From Octopus sinensis (taxonomy: Eukaryota): a DNA stretch of 64,000 nt. The stretch is from the NCBI RefSeq assembly GCF_006345805.1, contig NC_042999.1:14446001-14510000 (forward strand), written 5' to 3'. How positions within the stretch are numbered: position 1 is the first letter of the stretch; every line of letters begins with the position of its first letter. The translations under genes were made by a program, and so were the position numbers. Of this stretch, positions 11,739 to 24,323 are shown piece by piece. Under the pieces are notes generated by a model. It was given only the letters and a program-made list of their open reading frames with translations, was not told the DNA's origin and did no database searches.

Positions 11739-12085
11739 TTTAAAATTAAAATTAAAATGAGGGTGAAAAATTGGATATTAATTGATAATATCAATTTTAA
11801 CACCAGTGGTCTAGCATATAAAAAAAACTGAGGTTCAGTAAATAGTATTACATACATATAAGAGGGAATTTACCACTATGTGGAAACCCTTATGCTAGAA
11901 GAAGATCCGCTATGGTAACAAAATATAGATTAATCTATATTTTGTTACTTTTGTCGTGCTCGCTTACGTTTCTGATGTTTGCTAAATTTTCTAGGAAACA
12001 ATTCTTAGTGGTAAGACCATAGCGGATCTTCTTCTAGCATAAGGGTTTCCACATAGTGGTAAATTCTCTCTTATATGTATGTAAT

Positions 12086-12119
<34 letters not shown>

Positions 12120-13064
12120 CATGCACACACACACACACACAGATACATGTTAGAAAGCCTCCCTGTCGGGTAAATAACAATATAAATACTTTATTTCTAA
12201 GCTATTGCTATTTTGAAAGAAAAAAAGAACAAGTCCCATTGACTCATACTTCTGTGGTCAATAGAGTGGGTACCAGTTCAAACATTGAGTCAATATTAAT
12301 CAACTGTATTTGACTTTATAACCTTAATTATAAATCTTTATCACTACTACTGCTTTTCCAATTGTACACTTAACACTCATAAAAGAAAAAGAAAACAACA
12401 CCTCCAACTTGACTCTTAACAAATCTTGAATCTTTAGTTTAAGACAGGGTCTACAAAGTGATTATATTTTAGTTTTATGTTATATCAATATTTTGCAATA
12501 TTAATGTAATACATTAGATATGATGTAGTATTATTACATATTATTATTATGATGCAAAAATACAATAACTTGTGCAATAATGCAATAAAATGTGAATTTA
12601 GTTTCTGTATTTTATTATATGGAAGACATGACCAAAAACTGACCATTATTAATAAGAATTTCCTCAGTGTCATACAGTGTTTCGGTAAAATATATATATA
12701 TATATATATATATTAATTTAAAATTAAAATTAAAATGAGGGTGAAAAATTGGATATTAATTTGATAATATCAATTTTAACACCAGTGGTCTAGCATATAA
12801 AAAAAACTGAGGTTCAGTAAATAGTATTACATACATATAAGAGGGAATTTACCACTATGTGGAAACCCTTATGCTAGAAGAAGATCCGCTATGGTAACAA
12901 AATATAGATTAATCTATATTTTGTTACTTTTGTCGTGCTCGCTTACGTCTCTGATGTTTGCTAAATTTTCTAGGAAACAATTCTTAGTGGTAAGACCATA
13001 GCGGATCTTCTTCTAGCATAAGGGTTTCCACATAGTGGTAAATTCTCTCTTATATGTATGTAAT

Positions 13065-13100
<36 letters not shown>

Positions 13101-13672
13101 CATGCACACACACACACAACACAGATACATGTTAGAAAGCCTCCCTGTCGGGTAAATAACAATATAAATACTTTATTTCTAAGCTATTGCTATTTTGAAA
13201 GAAAAAAAGAACAAGTCCCATTGACTCATACTTCTGTGGTCAATAGAGTGGGTACCAGTTCAAACATTGAGTCAATATTAATCAACTGTATTTGACTTTA
13301 TAACCTTAATTATAAATCTTTATCACTACTACTGCTTTTCCAATTTGTACACTTAACACTCATAAAAGAAAAAGAAAACAACACCTCCAACTTGACTCTT
13401 AACAAATCTTGAATCTTTAGTTTAAGACAGGGTCTACAAAGTGATTTATATTTTAGTTTTATGTTATATCAATATTTTGCAATATTAATGTAATACATTA
13501 GATATGATGTAGTATTATTACATATTATTATTATGATGCAAAAATACAATAACTTGTGCAATAATGCAATAAAATGTGAATTTAGTTTCTGTATTTTATT
13601 ATATGGAAGACATGACCAAAAACTGACCATTATTAATAAGAATTTCCTCAGTGTCATACAGTGTTTCGGTAA

Positions 13673-13674
<2 letters not shown>
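11735..13674. repeat. Near-identical ~0.98-kb tandem duplication (11735-12690 and 12713-13674)
   Basis: Offset 978-984 bp; the differences seen are one substitution and single-base indels; both junctions lie in (TA)n. Confidence 0.97.
11846..12086. repeat. Fold-back element: 71-bp inverted arms with internal 34-bp perfect palindrome (duplicate at 12825-13065)
   Basis: Arms 11846-11916 and 12016-12086 with one mismatch; GTAACAAAATATAGATTAATCTATATTTTGTTAC at 11915-11948. Confidence 0.95.
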
Positions 13675-13724
<50 letters not shown>

Positions 13725-13726
13725 TT

Positions 13727-15116
13727 ATTGAGCGAAAACACCTAAAGCTCCACGAGGCTCTGGCATGGGGTGGTGGCGATCCCTGCTGTACTCTTTCGCC
13801 ACAACTTTCTCTCACTCTTTCTTCTGTTGGCCTTCTTGCTTAGCCAGCGGGGTGGCGTCGTTCGAAGGCTAAAACAATGCAAACGTATTGTGACCAGCGA
13901 TGTGTAACAACATCTGATGGCCTGGTTGGTCACGGTGATCACGGTGATATATATATATGTATATGCACTAGCAGAAACTCTCTCTGGATAATGTTCTTGT
14001 TATATGTGACATTGATAATATGAATACACACACACACATATACACATATATAGAGACATGTGTCTATCTGTCGGTCTGTCTATCTCTCTGTCTAGAATTG
14101 TGTGCTTTTCCTTTTTCTCTTTATAATTTTTACGTATATGAGATTACAGAAAATGTCTTTTCAAGCTTTTTTTTGTTTTTTTAATAAATAAGATAAAAAC
14201 ATAGGTAATAATGAAACATGAAAGGAAAGAAAAATATTTCTAAATATTGATGAAATGACTTCTAAACATTTATAAAAAAAAAGAAATAAATTGGGAAAAA
14301 CATTTATAAAAAAAAAATGGAAATAAATTGTGAAATAGCTTTAAAATATTTGATATTTAATAACTTTTAGATCTATATATATATATATATAAAAAACTGT
14401 GTTATGAAATAGTGAGAATGTAGAAATAACTTGTTTTTGACTAAAGTGTTCTTTTAAAATTTTTAACAGTAAGTTGTGATTTGAGGCAGATTTGGTTGCT
14501 ATTACCAGCAAGTCAAATTATTGTACAGACCATTTCCCTAAGGGGTCATTTACAAAAATTTCACTTGTTTGTCACATTGCTCAGTTGTGGATCTGTCTTG
14601 GTTGTTATGACGGCTCAGCTATGGTCTTCTTTTTCTTCCAATCAGGACTCACGTCATTAGCCACAAAGAATAATCTCTAATTTGAGCCTACTCTAAGCTA
14701 CTAAGAATGCATGTGGCAACTTGAAGATCCACCCACCACACGCGATAGACTAGCGGTTGCATGGGCATGAAAGCTACGTTGGTATCCTCATTCTGTAAAC
14801 AGTGGCTTTTAACGGGTGGAGAGCTGAACCATCCTGGGGTACAGAGGATTCGCAATCTAGACTAGGGTCTGAAAGTTTACCACACTATAGTGGGTTACAC
14901 CATGGTTCCTCTGCTTTGTGGAAGAAGTAGGAAGAAAGAGTGAGAGAAAGTTGTGGTAAAAGAGTACAGCAGGGTTCACCACCCCACCCTGCCAGAGCCT
15001 TGTGGAGCTTAGGTATTTTTGCTCAGTAAATACTCACAATGCCCGGTCTGGGAATCGAAACCATGTTCTTACGACCGCGAGTCCGCTACCCTAACCACTG
15101 GGCCATTGTGCCTCCC
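13727..15116. mobile_element. Two SINE family D copies in opposite orientation (plus about 13727-13947; minus with tRNA-type head about 14700-15116)
   Basis: Shared ctgctgtactcttt..ccacaactttctctcactctttctt; minus-strand head ggcacaatggcccagtggttag...ggtttcgattccc. Confidence 0.8.
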
Positions 15117-15566
15117 CTCAGCTGTGGTTGTTCAGGCACAGCTCAGCAGAGGTTGGAACGATACTGCACATTGGTGGTTATAGTGATACCTCAATAATTA
15201 CTGTTACACACCTATCCTTCATATGTTTCAGCAAGGTTATTAAAGTGATGAACTAATAAGAGAGAGCCTCTACATGATTGCTTGATCTGACAGAATTAAC
15301 AAACATGGCTGTGTCATTACGAAGTAAGCTTTGCAGTCATATGTTCTTGAGTTCCATCCCACCATACAGCACTTTAGTAAAGTGTCTTCTGTTTCTGTCC
15401 TAGCCTCAAGTTTGCTAAGATGTTGTAAGTAGAATTTTGTGTGTGGTGACTCCTCCATAAGAAGAGATGGTAGTGAAAAAGATAAATGGTCTTACTGACA
15501 CTGCTCTGTTCATTGCTGGTTGTATTGAAACTACTAAGTCATGCTTCTGATGATCCAGCTCAGTGT

Positions 15567-15850
15567 CATCATCATCATCATTGTTTAATGTCTGCTTTCC
15601 ATGCTAGCATGGGTTGGATGATTTGACTGAGGACTGGCAATCCAGATGGCTGCACCAGGCTCCAATCTTGATCTGGCAGAGTTTCTACAGCTGGATGCCC
15701 TTCCTAACTCCAACCACTCCGAGAGTATAGTGGGTGCTTTTACATGCCACCGGCACGAGGGCCAGTCAGGCGGTACTGGCAACGACCTTGCTCAAAAGGT
15801 GTTTTTTATGTGCCACCTGCACAGGAGCCAGTCCAGCGGCACTGGCAACA
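15567..15850 (-). mobile_element. SINE family C (2 internal units)
   Basis: Same core and (CAT)n end as the other copies. Confidence 0.9.
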
Positions 15851-15912
15851 ATTGTAAAAAAGTTCATTCTGACCAGAGGTGTATAACATTAAATAGTGTG
15901 GTTGATACAATG

Positions 15913-15953
<41 letters not shown>

Positions 15954-16684
15954 AGCTCACACATGCTTTCCTTCGGATGAAGATAGTCAGTATGAGTCTG
16001 ACTTCCTTCAGGACCCCATTTCCTATCCTTATCCTTCACCTCACCTCTGCCACTCACAGGTACTGAGGGTTTATGCTTAGAGGTGGGGGTTTTTTCCCTA
16101 GTTACGCTGTCCTCTCTAGCTACCATAATTTAATCCCTGTGCAGCTATGAATTCAGTGGAACCTTCTCTTAGAGTCATTTCATGCCCAAAGGTAAGATGT
16201 GCCCCATTCCTACTGGTCTTACAGCTTGACAGGCACTGACTCCCCATGGAGTTTCTAAATCCTCATGGTGTTGCTAGATAGCCATTGATACAATGTTAGG
16301 TTTATCCAACCGTGGATAGATCTTGTTTCTGTCCTGCTGCATTTGGTTCCTGGTAAACTTCCTCCATCAGGCAAACTTGGAAGGGGAGACAGTTTAGTTG
16401 TGGATGATCTAACCATGCAACAGATGACATGTTGCTTGTGTACTCATGCGTGATTGGACATAGATACTACACACACACACACACACTTACAATTATACCA
16501 TATTCTATACATTATTTACTACTGTACAATATATTATATACTCTGCATATGTGTATGCATGTATGTATTATATAAATTATATACCATATGTGTGTGTGCA
16601 TGCGAGTGTGTGTATGTGTGTGTATAAATATAATACTATATATACTATCTATATGTATATATAAAATATGTGCTATATTTCATG

Positions 16685-16755
<71 letters not shown>

Positions 16756-18057
16756 CACTATATACTATGTACTGTTTTTATATACATATTTATGTCCGAT
16801 CCATGCCAATATGGAAAGCGGACGTTAAACTATAATGATATATATATTTATAATACAAAATATTTTATTCCATAAATTTGTGTAAATATATGTATGTATG
16901 TATGTATGTATGTACGTATATATAGACATATACTATATATACTGTCCATATATATTTACAAGATATTTTGACATACAAATATATTTAAAGATACTTGTAT
17001 GTATGTATAAATTTATAAATACATATATATGTATTATACAATACATACACGCACACATATAACGACCACCTCTGCACGTATCTTAGCCACACGCACATTC
17101 ATACTTAAAATATTTGCCATAAATCTTGTTTAAACTCTGTTCACATGTTTCCCTAAGCTAGTTGTGTAGATAGATATATGTCTATCTGCAGAGAAGCTTT
17201 ATAAGTCCAATAAAAATGTTGCAGACACAAGATATTGATTGAGAAATCGATGTATTTTCAATATTAAGAGCAATTTTATTGTTGTTCAGCTGTAGAAGAC
17301 TAACAAGGCAAGCGTTAATATGTTTAAATGACTTTCCTGTTACCGGAATGTGTTTTTACTGTGGAGATGTGGTAATAAACTTGATATGCTGTGTTGACAA
17401 GATAAAAAGAAGGAAAAAAAACCCACAACCAACAATGAAACACATCAAATATAAAATGGGGGGAAAAAAGCCGAAAAAAATAGCGTGTCCTGTCATCTAA
17501 AGATTACGATTCCACGTTACGTATTTGGAACACACCATAACCACCAACAGCACTATGAAAACTATCTTCATTCCTATCATCACTATTACCGTTCATTCAT
17601 TCACACATTCAACCATTCATCCATTCATTCATTCATTATTCTGTAATCTTGGCTAAGAGCGGTGGATTAACCAGATCTCCTCCTTCTGTTATAATGTTTG
17701 GGTTCTGTTTGATTCGTGTAACGTTTCAAATGGTTATTATAAACAAAAAGATCCGGGGGTTCGTTTTCTTCTCCCCCTCCTTTTAACTCGGCATGTGTAT
17801 CAGCTGTTAGATCTGTGAATGGTAAAGGAAGAGAAATGGATATGCATCTATCTCTCTCTCTCACTCTCTCTCTCGTGTAATAGAATGAATATATATATAT
17901 TTAACTTATATATATTTTTTGAACTTATAAGTTATATATATATATATATATATAAAACATATATATGAGTGTATTTAACTTATAGATATATAAGGATTGA
18001 ATCAAATGGCAGCATGGGAAGAAAAACCTTATAGGTTATAATGATCATTTAAATTAT

Positions 18058-18210
18058 AAATAAGGATATCTAAGACATACCACCATGCTTGAAATAGAAG
18101 TCAAAACCCGTCTCTAAAACCACATCAAGTGTTCAACACTTGACGTGGTTTTAGAGTCAGGTTTTGACTGCTATTTCAAGCACGGTGGTATCTCTTAGAT
18201 ACCCTTATTT
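18058..18210. repeat. Fold-back hairpin, 76-bp arms, 1-nt loop, within TA-rich tracts
   Basis: aaataaggatatctaagac...catcaagtgtt C aacacttgacg...cttagatacccttattt; 7 mismatches. Confidence 0.95.
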
Positions 18211-18223
18211 GTAATTTTATACA

Positions 18224-18284
<61 letters not shown>

Positions 18285-18319
18285 TGTATAGATGTACACA
18301 TTTATATATTGCATGTCTT

Positions 18320-18770
18320 TTTTTAAAAGTCATTTTACTTGTTTCAGTCATTAGACTATAGGCAAGATGGGGTACCACCTTGAAGAATTTTTAATCAAAT
18401 AAATCCACCCTAGCATTTACTTTTTTTTTTTTACTCCTGGCACTTATTATATCAGTCTCTTTTACTGAACCGCAAAGCTATGGGGGCATAAACATACCAT
18501 CACCAGTTGTCAAGCGGCAGTGGGGATTAACACAAAGTTTTTCAGCTCCTATCTACCAAATCCATTCACAAGTCTTTGACTGGCCTGACATTATAGTAGA
18601 AGTCACTTGGCCAAGGTGCTGTGCAGTGGGACTGAACCCAGAATCATGATCGGGAAGCAAGCTTCTTACCTCATAGTTACCACTTTGAGCAAGTGTCTTC
18701 AATTATAGATTTGGGCCAACCAAAGCCTTGTATGTAGATTTGATAGATGGAAACAGAAAAAAGCCCATCA
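18320..18770. mobile_element. Family A SINE (minus, about 18320-18670) abutting a plus-strand family A fragment
   Basis: ttttacttgtttcagtcattagact... end; then ctttgagcaagtgtcttc...gatttgatagatggaaac. Confidence 0.75.
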
Positions 18771-18778
18771 TGTGTATG

Positions 18779-18828
<50 letters not shown>

Positions 18829-19033
18829 TAATATATATATTTATTTATTTATTTACCTATAAATATATTTATTCATTTATATATAAATATATATGATATA
18901 TATATAAGATTTATTTATATATATATATATATATATAAGTTCAGCAAAAATTTAGATTCAAATGAATATGGTACTTAAGTTAGATGCACCAGAATTTTGT
19001 ATGATGTTATCCATAAAAATTCATGGGGTGATT

Positions 19034-19088
19034 ATAATCAAAATAAGCAACAAGAATGACTTCAGAGTCATTCTTGTTGCTTATTTTG

Positions 19089-19092
<4 letters not shown>
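19034..19092. repeat. 27/28-bp inverted repeat hairpin abutting (TA)n
   Basis: ataatcaaataagcaacaagaatgact TCAG agtcattcttgttgcttattttgattat. Confidence 0.95.
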
Positions 19093-19135
<43 letters not shown>

Positions 19136-19240
19136 CTTGGATATATTTTATTAATTTGCCTGCATGACTTATGCTCGCAGCCATCAATGTTGGTATTTTT
19201 GAAAATATTATCATTCTCATATTTATTTATATATTATATA

Positions 19241-19285
<45 letters not shown>

Positions 19286-19734
19286 GTGTGTGTGTGTATT
19301 TGTTCTTTACCACTGCTTGGAAACTGGTGTTGGTGTGTTTATGTTCCATTAACATTAGCAGTTCAGCAAAAGAGACTGATAGAACAAACAAGTACTAGGC
19401 TTTAAAAAAATATAAAAAGTAGATCCTTGTGGGAATTCACTTAAGTAAAATCCTGCAAGGCAGTGCCCCAGCATGACCTCAGTCTAATAACTGAAAGAAG
19501 TAAAAGATACAAGAGAAATGAATGTAAAATCTAAAATATTTGTACATATATTTTAGTTTACGTGTGTGTGTGGTGTGTGTGTGTGTGTTGAAGCAGACAT
19601 TGGACTCAACACAGTTATCAGGTTCATTGAATCCTGTCAAACTGTCCTACACATGGAAGACAAACATTAAATGATGACGATGACGATGAAATAAATCTTT
19701 TTACATCTGTGTGTGTGTGCATATATATATATAG

Positions 19735-19769
<35 letters not shown>

Positions 19770-21010
19770 GTATGTATATTTATATGTATGTATGTATATT
19801 TATATATATGTGTGCATGTATGTATACTTATATATATATATGTATGTATGTATGTATATTTATATATTATATATATATATATATATGTATGTATATACAC
19901 ACACACGTATATTGTGAGTTAGATATTTACAGATGCATGCAGGTGTTGTTGGCTTTCTTTTTCAGCTTAGTGGTAGCTTGAAAGAGCAACTATTATATAT
20001 ATATATTATATATATATATATATAAAGGGTGTTTTTGGAGTCTGAATGGTCTTTTGTCTCCCTAATTCTGTCCCCTTTAATCTTAGCATTTTAGTAAAAT
20101 AAAAAAGATTGTTTCTGAGTGTAGAGGTGGTACTACAAAAATAAAGCGAGAGTAGTAGTAAAAGTGGTGGTGGTGGTGTGTAGGGATAAAGTTAGTGGGG
20201 GGGTGTCGCATCACCCCCCCCACCTCCACCCATCTTCCATTGAATGCAATTGCTAAGGGCATATGTGAATTGAGCATACTTCCAAAAAAAAAAAGAAATT
20301 ACCAAAACCCCATAACCATACCCCGCCTCTGTTTCCTTGTTTCTAGCTAATTTGTTTTTTACCGTTCTGACCCTGATCAAATGAGACCGCTGGAAGGAAA
20401 ATAGAAATAGTATATATACAAATAATCAAACAGATATCAACTACATTTCCTGTGTGGTTTTTGGCATTCAATGATTTTTTGGATGGTTGGTTGTTTGAAT
20501 TCAAGTGCTCCAAATCACTCTCTGTAAATTCTCTCTCTTGTTGCCTGAAGGGTCTGCTCAGATGTTAAAGGTATAAATGGTAGAGAGCTGGTAATGGGGC
20601 CGAACGGTGGTGGTGGGGCCACAACATTAACAATGGTGTGTGAAGGTTGCACACACACACACACACAAACACACACATACACACACACAATTTCATATGA
20701 ATGAATGCAATAAAGTAGTTTGTAAGATTTTATAAACGAACACCTATGTATCTCTCAGTAAACAGCTTTACCTTAGAGCTGATGATGTTTTTCCTTTCTG
20801 TTTTTTCCTCTATTGAATAAGTTATCTTTTGTAAAATATACTCCAGCATCTAAACTGGCCAATTCCACCCACTGTATACTGCTATTTGTTCAAATTGATG
20901 ATTTCTTGTCTTCTTTAACAGATAAACATCCGCTACTAAACCACAATTTGCTTTTATTTTCCCTTAGTATTTCTTCTTTTCTTTCATATGTAACATTATT
21001 ACTCTTTACA

Positions 21011-22170
21011 CTTTTACTTGTTTCAGTCATTTGACTGCGGCCATGCTGGAGCACCGCCTTTAGTCAAGCAAATCAACCCCAGGACTTATTCTTTAGTCTA
21101 GTACTTATTCTATCAGTCTCTTTTGCCAGACTGCTAAGTTACGGGGATGTAAACACACCACCATCAGTTGTTAAATGATGTTGGGGGGACAAGCATAGAC
21201 ACACAAACATATGCACACACATACATATATATGACGGGCTTCTTTCAGTTTCCGTCTACCAAATCCACTTACAAGGCTGTGATCAGCCCAAGGCTATAGT
21301 AGAAGATACTTGCCCAAGGTGCCATGCAATGGGAATGAACCAGGAACCATGTGTTGGTAAGCAAGCTACTTACCACACAGCCACTCCTATATTATATTAT
21401 ATGATGGTGGTGTGCATGGCTTTGTGGTTCAGGCATTGGACTCGTTATCGTAAGATTGTTGTCTCAATTCCTGGACAGTGCTATTTCTTTTATTTCTTTT
21501 ACTTGTTTCAGTTATTTGACTGTGGCCATGCTCGAGCACGACTTTTAGTCAAACAAATCGACCCCAGGACTTAATCTTTGTAAGCCTAGTACTTATTCTA
21601 TCAGTCTCATTTGCTGAACTGCTAAGTTACTGGGACGTAAAGAAGCTAACATCTGTTGTCAAGCAATGGTCAGGGGAAAAACAGAGACCCTCAAACAAAC
21701 AAATACATACATATGTCGTGCGCTGACAACGGGTAAATACCCAGAAACCCAGGTCTATGCGTATCATGTCAGGTTGACGATGGAAGGATGGCTTCCCTTT
21801 GCAAATACTGATAGGGCACAGAAAGTGTGTCGATAACCAGCGGGAGAAGATGTTCTCCTGGGGCTACAAGCTACAGTAGCATCCACCCTTAGTGGTTAGC
21901 CACATTTAAGTGGCAAATATACTTCACATTGTCATGCAGCTACTGTTTATACCTCGTTCAGAGATTTATTATTTTATATATATATATAATCACATAATTG
22001 CACAATGGGCTTCTTTCAGTTTCCATCTACCAAATCCACTCACAAGGCATTGGTTGGCCCAAGGCTATAGTAGAAGACACTTGCCCAAGATGCCATATAG
22101 TGGCACTGACCCCAGAACCATGTGGTTGGCAAGCAAGCTACTTACCATGCAGTCACTCCTGCACCTGTGT
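21011..22170 (-). mobile_element. Two family A SINEs; the second is interrupted by an unassigned insert (about 21712-21960)
   Basis: Full copy 21011-21388; second copy has its 3' half at 21495-21710 and 5' half at 22005-22170. Confidence 0.8.
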
Positions 22171-22592
22171 ATGTATTTTATGGAACCCCTGGAAGGCAAA
22201 GTCAACCTCAATGGAATTCAAACTCAGAATACAATAAGCTTAAAGAAATACCACTAGGCATTTTATGTGAGACTCTAAAAATTCTGCTAGCTTGCTGCTT
22301 GCCTTGTGTGTATGTATATATATATATATAAAGTGTATGTGTATGCATGTATGTGTGTGTGTTTGTATGTACGTATGTATGTATATATATATGTATGTAT
22401 ATATATATATATGTGTATATATATATATATATGTTATGTATTTGTATCTATGTATATATATGTATATATGTATGTATACATATGTATGTATATATGTATA
22501 TATATTTATATATATATATCTGTATACATGTGTATATATGTATATGTATCTATGTATATATATATGTGTGTATATATATGTATATATATATA

Positions 22593-22963
22593 CTAGCAGT
22601 ATCGCCCGGCGTTGCTCAGGTTTGTAAGGGAAATAGCTATAAAGCATTTTTAGAGAGTTATAGCAAAAAAATGGAAAAAAAATGATGGTAAATTTTTTTT
22701 TGAGAGTAAAAAAAGGTTGAGTTGCGTCCCCTAGACAGTCTGTGGTTTTTTTTTTTTATTCTCGACCCCATGTCGAATTTATCGATTTTTTTCAGAACTG
22801 GGGCAACTTTTCAAAATTTCGCTGCTTAGTTTGAATTATGACATTGGGCTATGTGTGTGTCAAGTTTCATCAGAATCGGTTGAAAGCCATGGTCAGGGTG
22901 AGGTACGAGAAAACAGACACACAGAAACACGCACAGACAAACTGCCGTTTATATAGAGAGAGA
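22593..22963 (-). mobile_element. Non-autonomous Helitron (Lep1-like architecture)
   Basis: On the minus strand A|TC start, subterminal hairpin cctgagcaacgccggg, CTAG|T end, no TSD; ACAG-type microsatellite near one end; inserted in (TA)n. Confidence 0.85.
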
Positions 22964-22964
22964 T

Positions 22965-23360
22965 ATATATATGTGTGTGTGTGTAAGTATCTATGTATAT
23001 ATATGTGTATATATATATTTATGTATATATATGAATATATATGTGTGTGTGTGTGTATATATATATATTTATGTATATATATGAATATATATGTGTGTGT
23101 GTATATATATATGTATGTATCTATGTATATATATATATGTATATATGTGTGTATATATATGTGAATATATATATGTATATATCTATGCATATATATATGT
23201 ATATAAGTGTGTATATATATGTGAATATATATATGTGTATATATATGTGAATATATATATGTATATATCTATGCATATATATATGTATATATTTATATAT
23301 GTGTATATGTATATTTATATGTATATATATATATATGCATATGTATTTATATACATATAT
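22965..23360. repeat. Compound TA/TG minisatellite
   Basis: Recurring gtgaatatatatatgtatatatctatgcatat-type units. Confidence 0.9.
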
Positions 23361-23924
23361 AAACAAATATGTGAATTTAATGTAGACTTACGTTGTATTC
23401 AGTATTTCGGGGTTATGGCCCCATTTTCAAGAAATTGACGAATGTTGCCGATGTGCATGTGTGTGAGCTCACACGCATGCACATCGGCAACATTCGTCAA
23501 CTAGCTCCTGTCAACCATCCTACCCATGCGTCCATGGAAGATGGACATCAAACGATGGTGGTGATGATGATATATATATCTACATGTGTGTGTGAGTCTT
23601 TGTAGCTGTGATAGTTTCCCACCACCACCACCACCACCACCTGACAAATGGTGTTGGTTTGTTTACATTCCCTTTAACATTAGCAGTTTGGCAAAAGAGA
23701 TTGATAGAATAGGAACCAGGCTTAAAAGCAATGAGATCTGGGGTCGATTTATTTGGCTTACATTCCTCAGTGCAGTGTTCCAGCATGGCCGCAGTCTAAT
23801 GACTGAAACAAGTAAAAGATAAAAGATATGTATGCTATTTATATGCATTTTATCTCTCCTACTCTCTCTCTCTCTCTCTCATATACATGCATACATATAT
23901 AAATTATATATAATTTATATATCT

Positions 23925-23967
<43 letters not shown>

Positions 23968-24254
23968 GCTACATATATATATGTATATAGCTACATATAT
24001 ATATGTATATATCTACATTGAGGATGAATGAAGCCAGCTCAACCCACCCCGGGTGAATGCTGTCTCAAGACAAGAAGAAGATATATCTACATATATATAT
24101 GTATATATATAGATATGTATATATATATATAGATATGTATATATATCTACAAATATACATACATATATCTACATATATATATATATGTATACATCTGCAT
24201 ATATACATACATGTATATATATCTACATATATATATATCTATATGTGTATGTAT

Positions 24255-24323
<69 letters not shown>

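Noticed and set aside
11069-15458. Two similar minus-strand ORFs (ETEDTLLKCC...LILSDQAIM) suggesting duplicated exons
   Set aside because: The DNA aligns by eye to an old CORE-like SINE (gaagacactt...acacagcc); the shared frame comes from the repeat.
16144-16190. 47-nt AG...GTAAGA exon-like segment (AMNSVEPSLRVISCPK)
   Set aside because: It lies in repeat-like decayed sequence and has no supporting partner exon or homology.
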